Shown here piece after piece: positions 1-11,576 of a stretch of 64,000 nucleotides of DNA. This stretch comes from Carpediemonas membranifera BICM (lineage: Eukaryota > Protista > Fornicata): contig JAHDYR010000017.1 in the NCBI GenBank assembly GCA_019828565.1, positions 62,001 to 126,000 on the forward strand. The letters run 5' to 3'. The notes under the pieces are model-generated. The model was not told the origin of the DNA and did not search any database. It was given only the letters and a program-made list of their open reading frames with translations. Numbering within the stretch: position 1 is the stretch's first letter; every line of letters starts with the position of its first letter. The position numbers were made by a program, and so were the translations under genes.

Positions 1-292
1 CAACGACAACCCGGTCGTGACCAATGTGCAGTGCCATATTGGTCACGTTCTTGTTCGTGTTGCTGCTGATGAGACGAAACTGCTCCCGCTTCTCTTCTTC
101 GTGTGCGTTCGAACAATTCACCCCTACGAATATTTATCACTCGAGTACGACCATCACTACTGGGCCCAAGGAGAGTGGGAGCGACTTCCGCTGTTCGTTG
201 TGTCGTTCAAGCGCCTTGCCCAGAACGCATCCCTCCATGGTATATCTTCTGCCCGAGAGACGGCGCGTCAGTACCTGCGCCTGGCTGAATAG
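1..292 (+). CDS. SET-domain protein, 3' part (cut by window edge)
   Basis: Identical to the C-terminal part of the 1423..2139 ORF. Confidence 0.8.
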   Translation, partial: NDNPVVTNVQCHIGHVLVRVAADETKLLPLLFFVCVRTIHPYEYLSLEYDHHYWAQGEWERLPLFVVSFKRLAQNASLHGISSARETARQYLRLAE

Positions 293-769
293 GTAAACGG
301 ACGTCTATAGTATCTATCTTTTTGTTCCTTTCTGATGTTGTTTAGTGATTTTTGTGCATTAACGACCGAGAACAGTGGAGTGCAACGCAGATGTTGGTTA
401 TTGATGGTAGATGGCGCGCTTTTGACGACAGCTGGTTGCTTTTGCAGTATAAAGAACCGCATAGCTGCCACTAGTTCCTTCCAATAATGCTTTCCCGCCA
501 TTTTGAGGTTGGAATGAAATTCCAAGCACCGTGCACTTTATGTAATTGCCCAATATCAACGCCACCCCCGCCCCCAGCGCCTCCACGCCCCACGCCAACG
601 CCACCTCCGCCCCCTGGCGCTCAGTTCAGGAGATGTCCGGTCGATAAGCCATAAACTGCACGGATCCACAAACGTGGATTGGCCTGAACGACAGCGCTGA
701 GGCCCAAACAGGTGGTGAGACATTAAAAAGACTCATTTGCAATCCATTTAACCACATCACTCTCTCTGA

Positions 770-1356
770 TCATTCATATTTGAAGGTTAGGGCATTAACA
801 ACCATGTGATCCTTCGCGCTGGAGTTAAGACGATAAATGATGTAGTAGGTAAACTCTTCTTCATCGATCTTCTCGTCAACAAGCGCCTTATACCAAACCA
901 TGAACTCATTGGGAACGGTGACCATCACGAAGACAATCTTGCGTTCAATATCAGAGACACGGAAGGGGAAGTGCTGAGTCGCAAAGTCAGCTAGCGTCCT
1001 GCCGCTACAGGAAAGGGCGATCTTGCCCCAATGCAGGAACTCCAAGTGACGCTGCATGACGCTTGATGCTCGCTCAATGCTCCACGAGAGGAAGATGATA
1101 TTGTTCTCGTGATGCTGTCCGTACCCGAGCACCGCACAACTCCGTCTCCATAGCTCTCCTGCAGAGCAGCCGTTTTCTCGTTGTAAATCGTCGCCGCGTT
1201 CTCTGTAGTTAGCCAGAACATCACAAATCGTTCCACACAGGAATCCTCGATCATGTTGATGCATTGACTTGCGGTCTCTATCTTACCACGCTTTATAGTG
1301 GTGTATAGAGCCGCAAGATGCTCAAATGCGATCCACTGTTGGCTGTCTGTCGTCAT
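770..1356 (-). pseudogene. Frameshifted copy of the 200-aa unknown protein
   Basis: Same as 2615..3217 except a 16-bp deletion near 1082 that splits the ORF. Confidence 0.75.
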
Positions 1357-1422
1357 CGTTCAAATCCGATGTGCAGGTTATGGAACAGAGAGCGAGTTTC
1401 GCAATTGTGAGTGACAACAGGA

Positions 1423-2139
1423 ATGCACACTATCATGATCCCGCATGTTGCTACAGATGGATCAGAGGAAGAGGAGAACATTACAATGTCTTTAGATGAT
1501 TACGAGAAATTGATGTCTCTGAAAAAGCTCTCTAAGGAGGATAGAGAGCAGTTCCTCGGTGCAGGTGGCAAGAAGGCGGACTCTGAGCATGCAGGCGAAG
1601 AACTACTTGAGAACGGCATCGCTAAGACCGCAGATGGGATCCTTCTTGAGCCACAGAAGTCCCTCATGGGCACCGATGTTGGCCAAGGGGTCATCTCGTC
1701 GCACCGAATCGACGTCGGTTCTCTGGTCGGTGTCTATGCTGGTGAGGTCATCCATGAGCGCCAGTCAAATGGTAACTACGACTACCTCATCGATGGAACC
1801 CAGTTTTGCGTCAGCGCCAACCCTGAAACAATCGGTGTCCATCGCATCAACGACAACCCGGTCGTGACCAATGTGCAGTGCCATATTGGTCACGTTCTTG
1901 TTCGTGTTGCTGCTGATGAGACGAAACTGCTCCCGCTTCTCTTCTTCGTGTGCGTTCGAACAATTCACCCCTACGAATATTTATCACTCGAGTACGACCA
2001 TCACTACTGGGCCCAAGGAGAGTGGGAGCGACTTCCGCTGTTCGTTGTGTCGTTCAAGCGCCTTGCCCAGAACGCATCCCTCCATGGTATATCTTCTGCC
2101 CGAGAGACGGCGCGTCAGTACCTGCGCCTGGCTGAATAG
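1423..2139 (+). CDS. Stand-alone SET-domain protein (putative lysine methyltransferase), transposon cargo
   Basis: GQGVIS..VGVYAGEVI; HRINDN (variant of RFINHS); LFFVCVRTIHPYEYLSLEYDHHYW (ELxxDY-like motif). Confidence 0.85.
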   Translation: MHTIMIPHVATDGSEEEENITMSLDDYEKLMSLKKLSKEDREQFLGAGGKKADSEHAGEELLENGIAKTADGILLEPQKSLMGTDVGQGVISSHRIDVGSLVGVYAGEVIHERQSNGNYDYLIDGTQFCVSANPETIGVHRINDNPVVTNVQCHIGHVLVRVAADETKLLPLLFFVCVRTIHPYEYLSLEYDHHYWAQGEWERLPLFVVSFKRLAQNASLHGISSARETARQYLRLAE

Positions 2140-2614
2140 GTAAACGGACGTCTATAGTATCTATCTTTTGTTCCTTTCTGATGTTGTTTAGTGATTTTGT
2201 GCATTAACGACCGAGAACAGTGGAGTGCAACGCAGATGTTGGTTATTGATGGTAGATGGCGCGCTTTTGACGACAGCTGGTTGCTTTTGCAGTATAAAGA
2301 ACCGCATAGCTGCCACTAGTTCCTTCCAATAATGCTTTCCCGCCATTTTGAGGTTGGAATGAAATTCCAAGCACCGTGCACTTTATGTAATTGCCCAATA
2401 TCAACGCCACCCCCGCCCCCAGCGCCTCCACGCCCCACGCCAACGCCACCTCCGCCCCCTGGCGCTCAGTTCAGGAGATGTCCGGTCGATAAGCCATAAA
2501 CTGCACGGATCCACAAACGTGGATTGGCCTGAACGACAGCGCTGAGGCCCAAACAGGTGGTGAGACATTAAAAAGACTCATTTGCAATCCATTTAACCAC
2601 ATCACTCTCTCTGA

Positions 2615-3217
2615 TCATTCATATTTGAAGGTTAGGGCATTAACAACCATGTGATCCTTCGCGCTGGAGTTAAGACGATAAATGATGTAGTAGGTAAACT
2701 CTTCTTCATCGATCTTCTCGTCAACAAGCGCCTTATACCAAACCATGAACTCATTGGGAACGGTGACCATCACGAAGACAATCTTGCGTTCAATATCAGA
2801 GACACGGAAGGGGAAGTGCTGAGTCGCAAAGTCAGCTAGCGTCCTGCCGCTACAGGAAAGGGCGATCTTGCCCCAATGCAGGAACTCCAAGTGACGCTGC
2901 ATGACGCTTGATGCTCGCTCAATGCTCGATACATGCTCGACACCACGAGAGGAAGATGATATTGTTCTCGTGATGCTGTCCGTACCCGAGCACCGCACAA
3001 CTCCGTCTCCATAGCTCTCCTGCAGAGCAGCCGTTTTCTCGTTGTAAATCGTCGCCGCGTTCTCTGTAGTTAGCCAGAACATCACAAATCGTTCCACACA
3101 GGAATCCTCGATCATGTTGATGCATTGACTTGCGGTCTCTATCTTACCACGCTTTATAGTGGTGTATAGAGCCGCAAGATGCTCAAATGCGATCCACTGT
3201 TGGCTGTCTGTCGTCAT
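2615..3217 (-). CDS. Hypothetical 200-aa protein, divergently paired with the SET gene
   Basis: Intact ORF; diverged paralog at 12059..12637 conserved at protein level (QQWxAFxHLAxLY, FVxFWLTT, KIALSC, LTFKYE). Confidence 0.8.
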   Translation of the reverse strand: MTTDSQQWIAFEHLAALYTTIKRGKIETASQCINMIEDSCVERFVMFWLTTENAATIYNEKTAALQESYGDGVVRCSGTDSITRTISSSSRGVEHVSSIERASSVMQRHLEFLHWGKIALSCSGRTLADFATQHFPFRVSDIERKIVFVMVTVPNEFMVWYKALVDEKIDEEEFTYYIIYRLNSSAKDHMVVNALTFKYE

Positions 3218-3283
3218 CGTTCAAATCCGATGTGCAGGTTATGGAACAGAGAGCGAGTTTCGCAATTGTGAGTGACAACAGGA

Positions 3284-4000
3284 ATGCACACTATCATGAT
3301 CCCGCATGTTGCTACAGATGGATCAGAGGAAGAGGAGAACATTACAATGTCTTTAGATGATTACGAGAAATTGATGTCTCTGAAAAAGCTCTCTAAGGAG
3401 GATAGAGAGCAGTTCCTCGGTGCAGGTGGCAAGAAGGCGGACTCTGAGCATGCAGGCGAAGAACTACTTGAGAACGGCATCGCTAAGACCGCAGATGGGA
3501 TCCTTCTTGAGCCACAGAAGTCCCTCATGGGCACCGATGTTGGCCAAGGGGTCATCTCGTCGCACCGAATCGACGTCGGTTCTCTGGTCGGTGTCTATGC
3601 TGGTGAGGTCATCCATGAGCGCCAGTCAAATGGTAACTACGACTACCTCATCGATGGAACCCAGTTTTGCGTCAGCGCCAACCCTGAAACAATCGGTGTC
3701 CATCGCATCAACGACAACCCGGTCGTGACCAATGTGCAGTGCCATATTGGTCACGTTCTTGTTCGTGTTGCTGCTGATGAGACGAAACTGCTCCCGCTTC
3801 TCTTCTTCGTGTGCGTTCGAACAATTCACCCCTACGAATATTTATCACTCGAGTACGACCATCACTACTGGGCCCAAGGAGAGTGGGAGCGACTTCCGCT
3901 GTTCGTTGTGTCGTTCAAGCGCCTTGCCCAGAACGCATCCCTCCATGGTATATCTTCTGCCCGAGAGACGGCGCGTCAGTACCTGCGCCTGGCTGAATAG
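3284..4000 (+). CDS. Stand-alone SET-domain protein (tandem copy)
   Basis: Identical to 1423..2139. Confidence 0.85.
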   Translation: MHTIMIPHVATDGSEEEENITMSLDDYEKLMSLKKLSKEDREQFLGAGGKKADSEHAGEELLENGIAKTADGILLEPQKSLMGTDVGQGVISSHRIDVGSLVGVYAGEVIHERQSNGNYDYLIDGTQFCVSANPETIGVHRINDNPVVTNVQCHIGHVLVRVAADETKLLPLLFFVCVRTIHPYEYLSLEYDHHYWAQGEWERLPLFVVSFKRLAQNASLHGISSARETARQYLRLAE

Positions 4001-4433
4001 GTAAACGGACGTCTATAGTATCTATCTTTTGTTCCTTTCTGATGTTGTTTAGTGATTTTGTGCATTAACGACCGAGAACAGTGGAGTGCAACGCAGATGT
4101 TGGTTATTGATGGTAGATGGCGCGCTTTTGACGACAGCTGGTTGCTTTTGCAGTATAAAGAACCGCATAGCTGCCACTAGTTCCTTCCAATAATGCTTTC
4201 CCGCCATTTTGAGGTTGGAATGAAATTCCAAGCACCGTGCACTTTATGTAATTGCCCAATATCAACGCCACCCCCGCCCCCAGCGCCTCCACGCCCCACG
4301 CCAACGCCACCTCCGCCCCCTGGCGCTCAGTTCAGGAGATGTCCGGTCGATAAGCCATAAACTGCACGGATCCACAAACGTGGATTGGCCTGAACGACAG
4401 CGCTGATGCCCAGACATGCACATATACATTCAT

Positions 4434-5507
4434 TTATTCCTGTCTCGCTCTCTTGCCTGTCTGATCGCGACGTTTGACCCACTCAAATGCCTCATCTGTG
4501 AGGTAGACAGAGACGTCGCGAGTATTCCCAGTCCTAACCTTCCGAATCAACGTTCGGCAAGGATCTTTGGGTGTCGTCGTTGAGGTACGACGGCAAGCCC
4601 ACTCTGAGGTCTCGCATGAGCCCCCGCACACGATGCAACGTCCTGACAGGACAAGCGGGGGGTCATGCGTTCTGGCCATAGCTAGCTGGTCCACCTGGCT
4701 AGCAGTCAGTGTGCGGGACATGAGCGTACCGCGCGTCTTGCCCGTGTCTTCGGGCCTGGCCCTCGGCTCATCCTGGTCCGTCATCATCTCCTCGTCCAAA
4801 CTGATGGGCTCCGTCATCATCTCCTTGTCCACAGCGTTCTGGTCTCCGAAGTCCGTAGTCGTCATCGTTGCCTGCTCCAAAGTGGTGGGCTCCGGCTGAG
4901 ACCTGACACCTGGCAGCCTGAGCATGGTCTTACGGCCGCCGCTACGCAGCCTCTCAATCTCATCCTCAAGAATGCTGACCTTCTTCGTCAGAGCATGATG
5001 TTCACTTGTCGCAACGAGCGACACTGGCGACTTAAGCAGCGCGATGAACGCCCTGACGTTATCGTGCAATGGAACCGAGAAGGCGTGGGCCAAGCTCTCG
5101 ACCAGCTCCAGGACCTTGGGCAGGGTGCCGGGCTCAAGCTCATTGTGAGCTGCGCGGTTCCGGTACTCAACGAGATCACGAATGATCTTGGCATGGGCTT
5201 TGTTGTACGCCGCTCGATTGGACATCTCACGAAGGATTCTTGATGAATCCACGTCCTGTTCGAGCTCTTTGCCGAGGAGGTCCTTCTCGGTGCTAGTAGG
5301 CTTGCACCCGGGGTTAAATTCAGGCGAGGCCAAGATCTTCCGCATCCAAGGGACCATCATGGCGAGCAGCTGAAGAACTCGCGCATTATCGCCAAGGATG
5401 CGGAGCTGCTCATCGTTCCATGGTGAAATGAACAGGTGATGATCTTGTCGAGCGGATGATTGCCCTTTGAGAGGTGCTTGGCGATGCTTAGCGCGATATC
5501 GGTCCAT
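4434..5507 (-). CDS. HEPN (Swt1-like) domain protein with coiled coil and C-terminal Zn ribbon
   Basis: LVEYRNRAAHN = RNxxAH (Rx4H) HEPN motif in helical context; C-terminal RCIVCG..C..C. Confidence 0.7.
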   Translation of the reverse strand: MDRYRAKHRQAPLKGQSSARQDHHLFISPWNDEQLRILGDNARVLQLLAMMVPWMRKILASPEFNPGCKPTSTEKDLLGKELEQDVDSSRILREMSNRAAYNKAHAKIIRDLVEYRNRAAHNELEPGTLPKVLELVESLAHAFSVPLHDNVRAFIALLKSPVSLVATSEHHALTKKVSILEDEIERLRSGGRKTMLRLPGVRSQPEPTTLEQATMTTTDFGDQNAVDKEMMTEPISLDEEMMTDQDEPRARPEDTGKTRGTLMSRTLTASQVDQLAMARTHDPPLVLSGRCIVCGGSCETSEWACRRTSTTTPKDPCRTLIRKVRTGNTRDVSVYLTDEAFEWVKRRDQTGKRARQE

Positions 5508-5827
5508 CCACAACTGTGGATGACGAGCAATTTAAGGTAGAAGCCCCATCAGTCAATAACCCCGTGCTATCGTGCAATAGAACACAGTTAACACTGCTTT
5601 CCATGCGCAGCAACACAGCCTGTGGCGGAGAGACGCCCGGTATGGACGACACCAGGTGATCCACAAACGTGGATTGGCCAATTACGTCGGCCCCTCCCAT
5701 CCCGCATCCCTCAGGATACGCAAGCACAAGCTCTCTCCCTGCAGCACCTCTCTGGCGCTCTCTAAAATCGTCGTATAGCGTAAACAGAATGTGCCGCATC
5801 AGTCATTCGTTCATTTTATTCCACTCA

Positions 5828-7015
5828 TCACTCTTGGTCATCCTCCTCATCACTCACCTCCTCGCGGATACTGACATCATCACGAGCCTCGTCATCCGCG
5901 AGTGTCAATGGCTCTGTAATAGCGCGGGCAGCGTTGGTATACTCACCGTTGAACTGTCGCTGGCCTCTCTGAATGCGAGGAAAGCAATTCACGCACACCG
6001 GAACACGACGAGAAGGACGCTTCAACATGTCAGTTCCAGTGTCAAAAACGGTGTCCGCGATATGATCCGGACAGAACCAGTTGGAACAAAAGTAGCAGAG
6101 CATGCTGGGTCCATCCTTAATACTTCTACCACAGTCCGCTGCTTGGGTGGTCTCGGTTGGAGGTGTACGATGAAAGCACTCGTCGTTACCATTGATTGCC
6201 TTACAGTCATCGCAGATGGATATCTTCTGCTTATCGGCCCTGTTAGATGCCGGGTATGCCATTCGCTCCTCCAAGTAGCCACTGACACAGCTATAATGGA
6301 AGTACCTCTCGCATTGTTGGCACTGCAGGGAGTTGTCGTCCTCAATCTTCAGCAGCAGATTCATCGGATCGTGACAGACCCCACAACACATGCGCAATGA
6401 GTTTCGTAGCTGCTGATAAGTGAAGTTGTCGAGTGCGTGGCGCCGGTTCATTCCTGTCTGGATAAGTGCCGTTGCCTGCGCCACACATGTGGAAAATTGG
6501 GAAGCGACTTGGTCGATGTGCGCTGCTTCCCGCTGTCTGTGTTCACTGGCCAGATTGTCACGAACAGTTACGACCGACTGAGGGGCGGGTTGAGACTGTT
6601 TCCGAGCCCTCTTGTCCTTCTTCTTCGAATAGGTCTGGAAGGGGATGCTGATGTAGCGCGAAACCGGAGGCTGCCATACCACAGTGCTAGTGGTACCTGA
6701 TGCTGCCTGCAGGTTGTCCTGCAGCCTTGATAGGTTGATCTCGCCGAAGTCCTTGAGGAACACACCCTTGACCTTACCCTCGGTGTTGATCTGGTAAGAC
6801 GAGGGGGCGAGTCCATCCAGAGCGTGGATAAGGGCATGACGAAGATAACAAGCCATCGCTTGCTTCTTCTTGTAGAGAGCTCGGATATCATCTGGCAGAA
6901 TAGCCCAGCACACCTCTGAAACCGCAACAGGCATGGCTTGAGCACAATCGCGTTGAAAGTAGAATACTTCTTTTGCAATTGCAATCAGGATTTCTCGTTT
7001 TTGGGTCTTTTCCAT
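5828..7015 (-). CDS. PHD-finger plus second Zn-finger (FYVE/B-box-like) protein, first gene inside the transposon left end
   Basis: CGVC..CQQCERYFHYSC..CDDC (C4HC3); then CYFCSNWFCPDH..VCVNC; paralog at 10373..11576. Confidence 0.8.
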   Translation of the reverse strand: MEKTQKREILIAIAKEVFYFQRDCAQAMPVAVSEVCWAILPDDIRALYKKKQAMACYLRHALIHALDGLAPSSYQINTEGKVKGVFLKDFGEINLSRLQDNLQAASGTTSTVVWQPPVSRYISIPFQTYSKKKDKRARKQSQPAPQSVVTVRDNLASEHRQREAAHIDQVASQFSTCVAQATALIQTGMNRRHALDNFTYQQLRNSLRMCCGVCHDPMNLLLKIEDDNSLQCQQCERYFHYSCVSGYLEERMAYPASNRADKQKISICDDCKAINGNDECFHRTPPTETTQAADCGRSIKDGPSMLCYFCSNWFCPDHIADTVFDTGTDMLKRPSRRVPVCVNCFPRIQRGQRQFNGEYTNAARAITEPLTLADDEARDDVSIREEVSDEEDDQE

Positions 7016-7468
7016 GATGCCTGTATGTGCACTTTAAGGTTGAAGATTGCTCACACAATTTGACTTTTCTTTATCGAATGGGATAAAGTTGAAGTAAATA
7101 AAGTACTATTCCGTTGCTAGGACAGCAAGGGGATGTTACAGTAGGAGTTTCAACACTTTTTGAGAGGATACCCCTCAGAGGTGACAGTGCAACACCCGAA
7201 ATTTTGTCTATACACGTCATATACAAGGTCTAATGCATCTTTGCCAACCACTTTTAGCGTTTGTATGTGTCAGACGATCGAGTTCTGAAGAGCGACTTTG
7301 GCCAAGTCATGCGACCTTATCCTGCACTGACGATACGGAAAACGATCATAAATATTTTTTGTGACATCGACATGCGCTAATAATGTTTCCAGAGGTAGAA
7401 CTAGGCTAGTAGAAGACTGTCACCCACTTTGGGGATGATCCGACGACATCGATCAAAATCAATCAAGG

Positions 7469-7528
7469 ATTCCGGGACTTGATTCTGGGACTTTAAGTCC
7501 CGGTTAGAGTACCGGAAAACGCAGCATG
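7469..7528 (-). repeat. Left TIR of the CATGC DNA transposon (element on - strand, extends leftwards)
   Basis: Reverse complement CATGCTGCGTTTTCCGGTACTCTAACCGGGACTTAAAGTCCC matches the end at 34078..34136; abuts Gypsy-A sequence GGccactgg. Confidence 0.85.
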
Positions 7529-9866
7529 GGCCACTGGTACGATTTACAACTCACCCGGCATTGTTAAGTTGAGTGCAGATTTTGGAGTGTTGCCATCTAC
7601 TGGGCGGAGAACTCAAGCTGCTCTCAATTTGCGGGTGCTACCCGGGCTGAAGCCGACATTAGTTATGGGAATATCGACATTAAGTGCGTTGGGGCTAATC
7701 ACGATCGTCAAGCCGACGATGGAGAATTCTGGAGAGCCACACTTCGCGGAGCTTGATGAAGATGAAGTAGACGAGACGTTATTTACCCTTGCTGAAGCGG
7801 AGCACGAACTACAGATACGTAGCTTCCCTGAAGAGACTAATACCATCCTAAGCAAGTACAAAGACGTTCTCGGCGACATTTCGCAGCCAGCAGACGTTCC
7901 ACCCTTCGAACTGGTTCTTACAAACCAGAAGGTTATCAACATCCCTCCATACCACGTCTCGGCTGAAGAAAGAGAGGATATGCAGCGCCAGACGGCGCAG
8001 CTGGAGGATCTGAATGTGATTGAGGAGTCTACGAGCAACTATAACAATCCTACGGTGCTTGTATGGAAGCGCGATCGCACCCGCAGGCTCTGCTTGGACT
8101 TTCGGCGCCTTAACGACGCGACGGAGGACTTCGATCACGACCTCCCTATCATTGACGATCTGGTAGCAAGACTAGAGGGTAAGACCCTCTTCGCTAAGCT
8201 GGACCTAAGCAAGGCCTTTCACCAGATTCCTATGACCAAGAGCTCACGCAGACTAACGGCGTTTACAGTTGGGAAGCGTAAGTACCAGTACAAGCGTTTA
8301 GCTTTCGGACTCAAAGGGGCCGCAGCCTTCTGTCAGAAGACCCTCGAATCCGTACTGGGCGATGCACTGTGGACACGGTGTCTCGCATATGTAGACGACA
8401 TAGTAATATTCGGAGAGAACCAGAGAGAGTACCTCGACAATCTGGACTATGTCTTGAGAAAGCTCAACTCGGCCAAGTTGAAGCTGAATCTGTCCAAGTC
8501 TGAGTTCGGACTGACAGAAATAGAATACTTGGGCTGGCTTGTGAATGGCGACGGCAAGCGAATCGCGCCTGACCGCCTAGAAGGCATCGACCGCCTAACC
8601 AGCCCGAGAGATGTTGCCGGAGTCAGAACCTTACTCGGGTTCACGAACTATTTTAGCCATATGATTCCGAACTACGGCAATATGATGGAGCCAGTCCTGG
8701 CTCTGACGAGAGCCAAGGAAGAGTTCCGTTGGGAGAAGGCCCAACAAGATGCCCTAGTCGACATCAAAGCGACCCTATCTCAGAACAACATGTTAAGTCA
8801 CCCCAAGCGTGGCTGCCAATTAATCCTACAAACCGACGCGAGTGACTACGCTGTCGGGGCAGTTTTGTTACAGATCGAAGACGGGGAGGAGCGTCCGATT
8901 GCTTTCTATTCCAAGACACTATCGGATGTTCAAAGAAGGTGGAGCACCTATGAAAAGGAAGGCTTCGGCATTTATTACGCTATGATCAAGGCCGAGCGGT
9001 TCCTAGTAGGCAGGCCGTTTACTGTGAGAACGGACCACCGGAATTTGCTGTATATCGCGACAAGCACGAACGCTAAGGTAACTAGATGGCGCATGGCACT
9101 GGAAAGGTTCGACTATTCCGTCGTACACGTGCCTGGTCAAGCGAACGGTGCTGCCGACGCGCTATCTCGCCTATGCGGTGCAACAGTCGAGGCAGATGAT
9201 CACGCCACGTGGATCTCCGAGGTTCACGGAGGCATACACGGCCATCTCGGAGCGAGAGCGACGGTGAACAAGCTTATATCGCTCGGTAGGAGGTGGAGGG
9301 GCATGTATAAGGACGCAGAGGAGTTTGTCCAGTCGTGTCCTGTGTGCCAGGTCACGCGCAAGACGGCCAAGCCCGTCCAACACTTGCGCCACCGTACGGC
9401 AGGTCGCCTGCCGTTTGATGTCGTGCAGGTAGACACGATCGGACCCATCGCGGAGAGCGAGGGTCTGCGGTACGTGTGCGTGTTAATTGACACGTACTCG
9501 AAGCTAACTATGCTGGTCCCCACGCGTTCGACGGACGCAGATGCCGCGGCAGGGGCAATTTTGGCCTGGGTGGGTCACTACGGAATTCCCCGGGTGATTC
9601 ACAGCGACGGGGGCAGCCAGTATAGAAATAAGCTGATTGACGCTCTAATGGAAAGGCTCGGGTCGCAACATCACGTCGGCACGCCTTACCGCCCGGGTTC
9701 TCAAGGAATAGTTGAGAGGGTCAACGCCGAGGTTAAGAGGCATCTAGAGACGCTAATGCTCGATCTGCAGGAGTTTAGATGGACACGGCTACTACCTTTG
9801 GCTCAGTACATCATTAATTCAACATCTGTGGCCAGGACAGGCCTATCGCCACTGAATTTGCTTTAT
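7529..9866 (+). mobile_element. Gypsy family A internal pol fragment (end of PR, RT, RNase H, integrase), cut at both ends by CATGC transposon termini
   Basis: ORF 7569..9941: LCLDFRRLN, YVDD, QTDAS, zinc-binding H..H..CPVC, D..D..E integrase; near-identical to 48676..51954. Confidence 0.95.
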
Positions 9867-10372
9867 CATGCAGTCAATTCTGGTACCTTTTCTGGAACAA
9901 ATGGTTCCAGAATTGGTTCCAGTTTCTTTGATCGATTTTGATCGAATCTCGCGGATCAGTTCTAAAGTTGGTGTGCGTACTCTATAGACCTAGCTTCACC
10001 TCTGGACACATTAATACTGCATGCAGATGTCACAAAAAATATTTATGATCGGTTTTCGTATCGTCAGTGCAGGATAAGGTCGCATGACTTGGCCAAAGTC
10101 GCTCTTCAGAACTCGATCGTCTGACACATACAAACGCTAAAAGTGGTTGGCAAAGATGCATTAGACCTTGTATATGACGTGTATAGACAAAATTTCGGGT
10201 GTTGCACTGTCACCTTCCAAAGGTGACCACGCAAAAAGTCTTGAAAGTGAACCTTCAATATCAAACTAGTGCTAAAGCAACGGTATTGTGTGCGTCATTT
10301 CCTCCAGAACGCCCCCTTTACGTGATATTGTACGCTCAATATTTGATGAGTTCAAAATGGTGTGACAGTACG

Positions 10373-11576
10373 ATGGCTGATAATACACGTGACAGAGACC
10401 TTTTGCGGAAGATTGTTGCAGCGATTATGGCAGCTTGCTTCTATTTTTACTCCAGAAAGCATCGAATGTATGGAACTTGCTGCATCTGAGGTCATTTGGG
10501 CTATTCTTCCCGAACATCTACAAGAATTGTTCAAGAAGAAGAGATTCATGGCGATGTACATCAAGCCTGCCATTACATCAACATTCAGCTGCTCAACCAG
10601 CCAGATCATGTGCAGCACAATGGGAAAGATTCGAGGATTGTTCTTGAAGAGAGATTGCGACATTAACATCGACCGGTTGCAGCTGGCCTTGCACGCTTTA
10701 CATCCTGGCGAACATTTAATTACCTGGGTGCCACCGGCTGTCGTTCGCCATCTCTCTTTCCAAAACTACTCGAAAAAGCAGGACAGGCGGTCAGTCTCCA
10801 GGATCAATATGCGCTCTGCACCACAAGTGAGTAGTGTTGACACTGTCCGAGATGAGCAAGCTGCCAATCGGGCTGCACAAATGCATCTTCACATTGACCG
10901 CATATCTGAGCGGTTTACTTCGTGTGTCGCCGAGGCGAATGTTCTTGTGCGTAATGCGATGGACAAACGCAGTGTACTTGACCAGTTTACCTATAATCAG
11001 ATCCACAACTCACTGAGAATGTGCTGCCCGACATGTCTTGACCCATATAACATGATCTTCAAAATAGAAGACGAGCCAAATGTTTTGCAGTGCGACCAAT
11101 GCCACCGCTACTACCATTATACTTGTGAAGCAGGAGGTTTTGCCATACAAAGTGGCTACCTTTCAGACGGGAAGCGTTCAAACAACATGAGTCTGTGCGA
11201 CAACTGTGCAGCTGTCAATCAGAACGGGGAATGCTTTTATCGCACGCCAGATCACGATTGTACTGAGGATTTAACGGCTGACAGATCAGTGTCACATTGC
11301 TGTTACTACTGCAACAATTGGTTCTGCCGAGAGCACACAGCCCAGACGGCCTTTGATACCGGAATTGACATGCTACGTCGCCCATCTCAGCGTGTTGCTG
11401 TATGTGTCACATGCTTCAATCGAATTCAGCTTGGTCAAAGACTGTTTAACGACAAGTTCGTGAGCACAGCTGCTTTGATATCTTGTCCCAATCCTGAAGC
11501 GTCCGAGCACACTGAGAATGATGAAGAAGGCACTGGTATCGACACAGAGTCATCTGACAGTGATAAATATGATTAG
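10373..11576 (+). CDS. PHD-finger/Zn-finger protein (diverged paralog); one frameshift in the T-run near 10444
   Basis: CPTC..CDQCHRYYHYTC..CDNC; CYYCNNWFCREH..CVTC; N-terminus MADNTRDRDLL in the adjacent frame aligns with the 5828..7015 N-terminus. Confidence 0.8.

Larger units (their letters stand above)
1..4406. repeat. Tandem array of ~1.85-kb units (shared ~450-bp non-coding module + 200-aa ORF on - + SET gene on +); runs off the left edge
   Basis: Identical SET stop codons at 292, 2139 and 4000 (spacings 1847 and 1861 bp); unit sequences nearly identical. Confidence 0.95.

Noticed and set aside
1-4406. CRISPR-like or satellite interpretation of the repeats
   Set aside because: Units are ~1.85-kb gene-containing duplications without variable spacers, and the DNA is eukaryotic.
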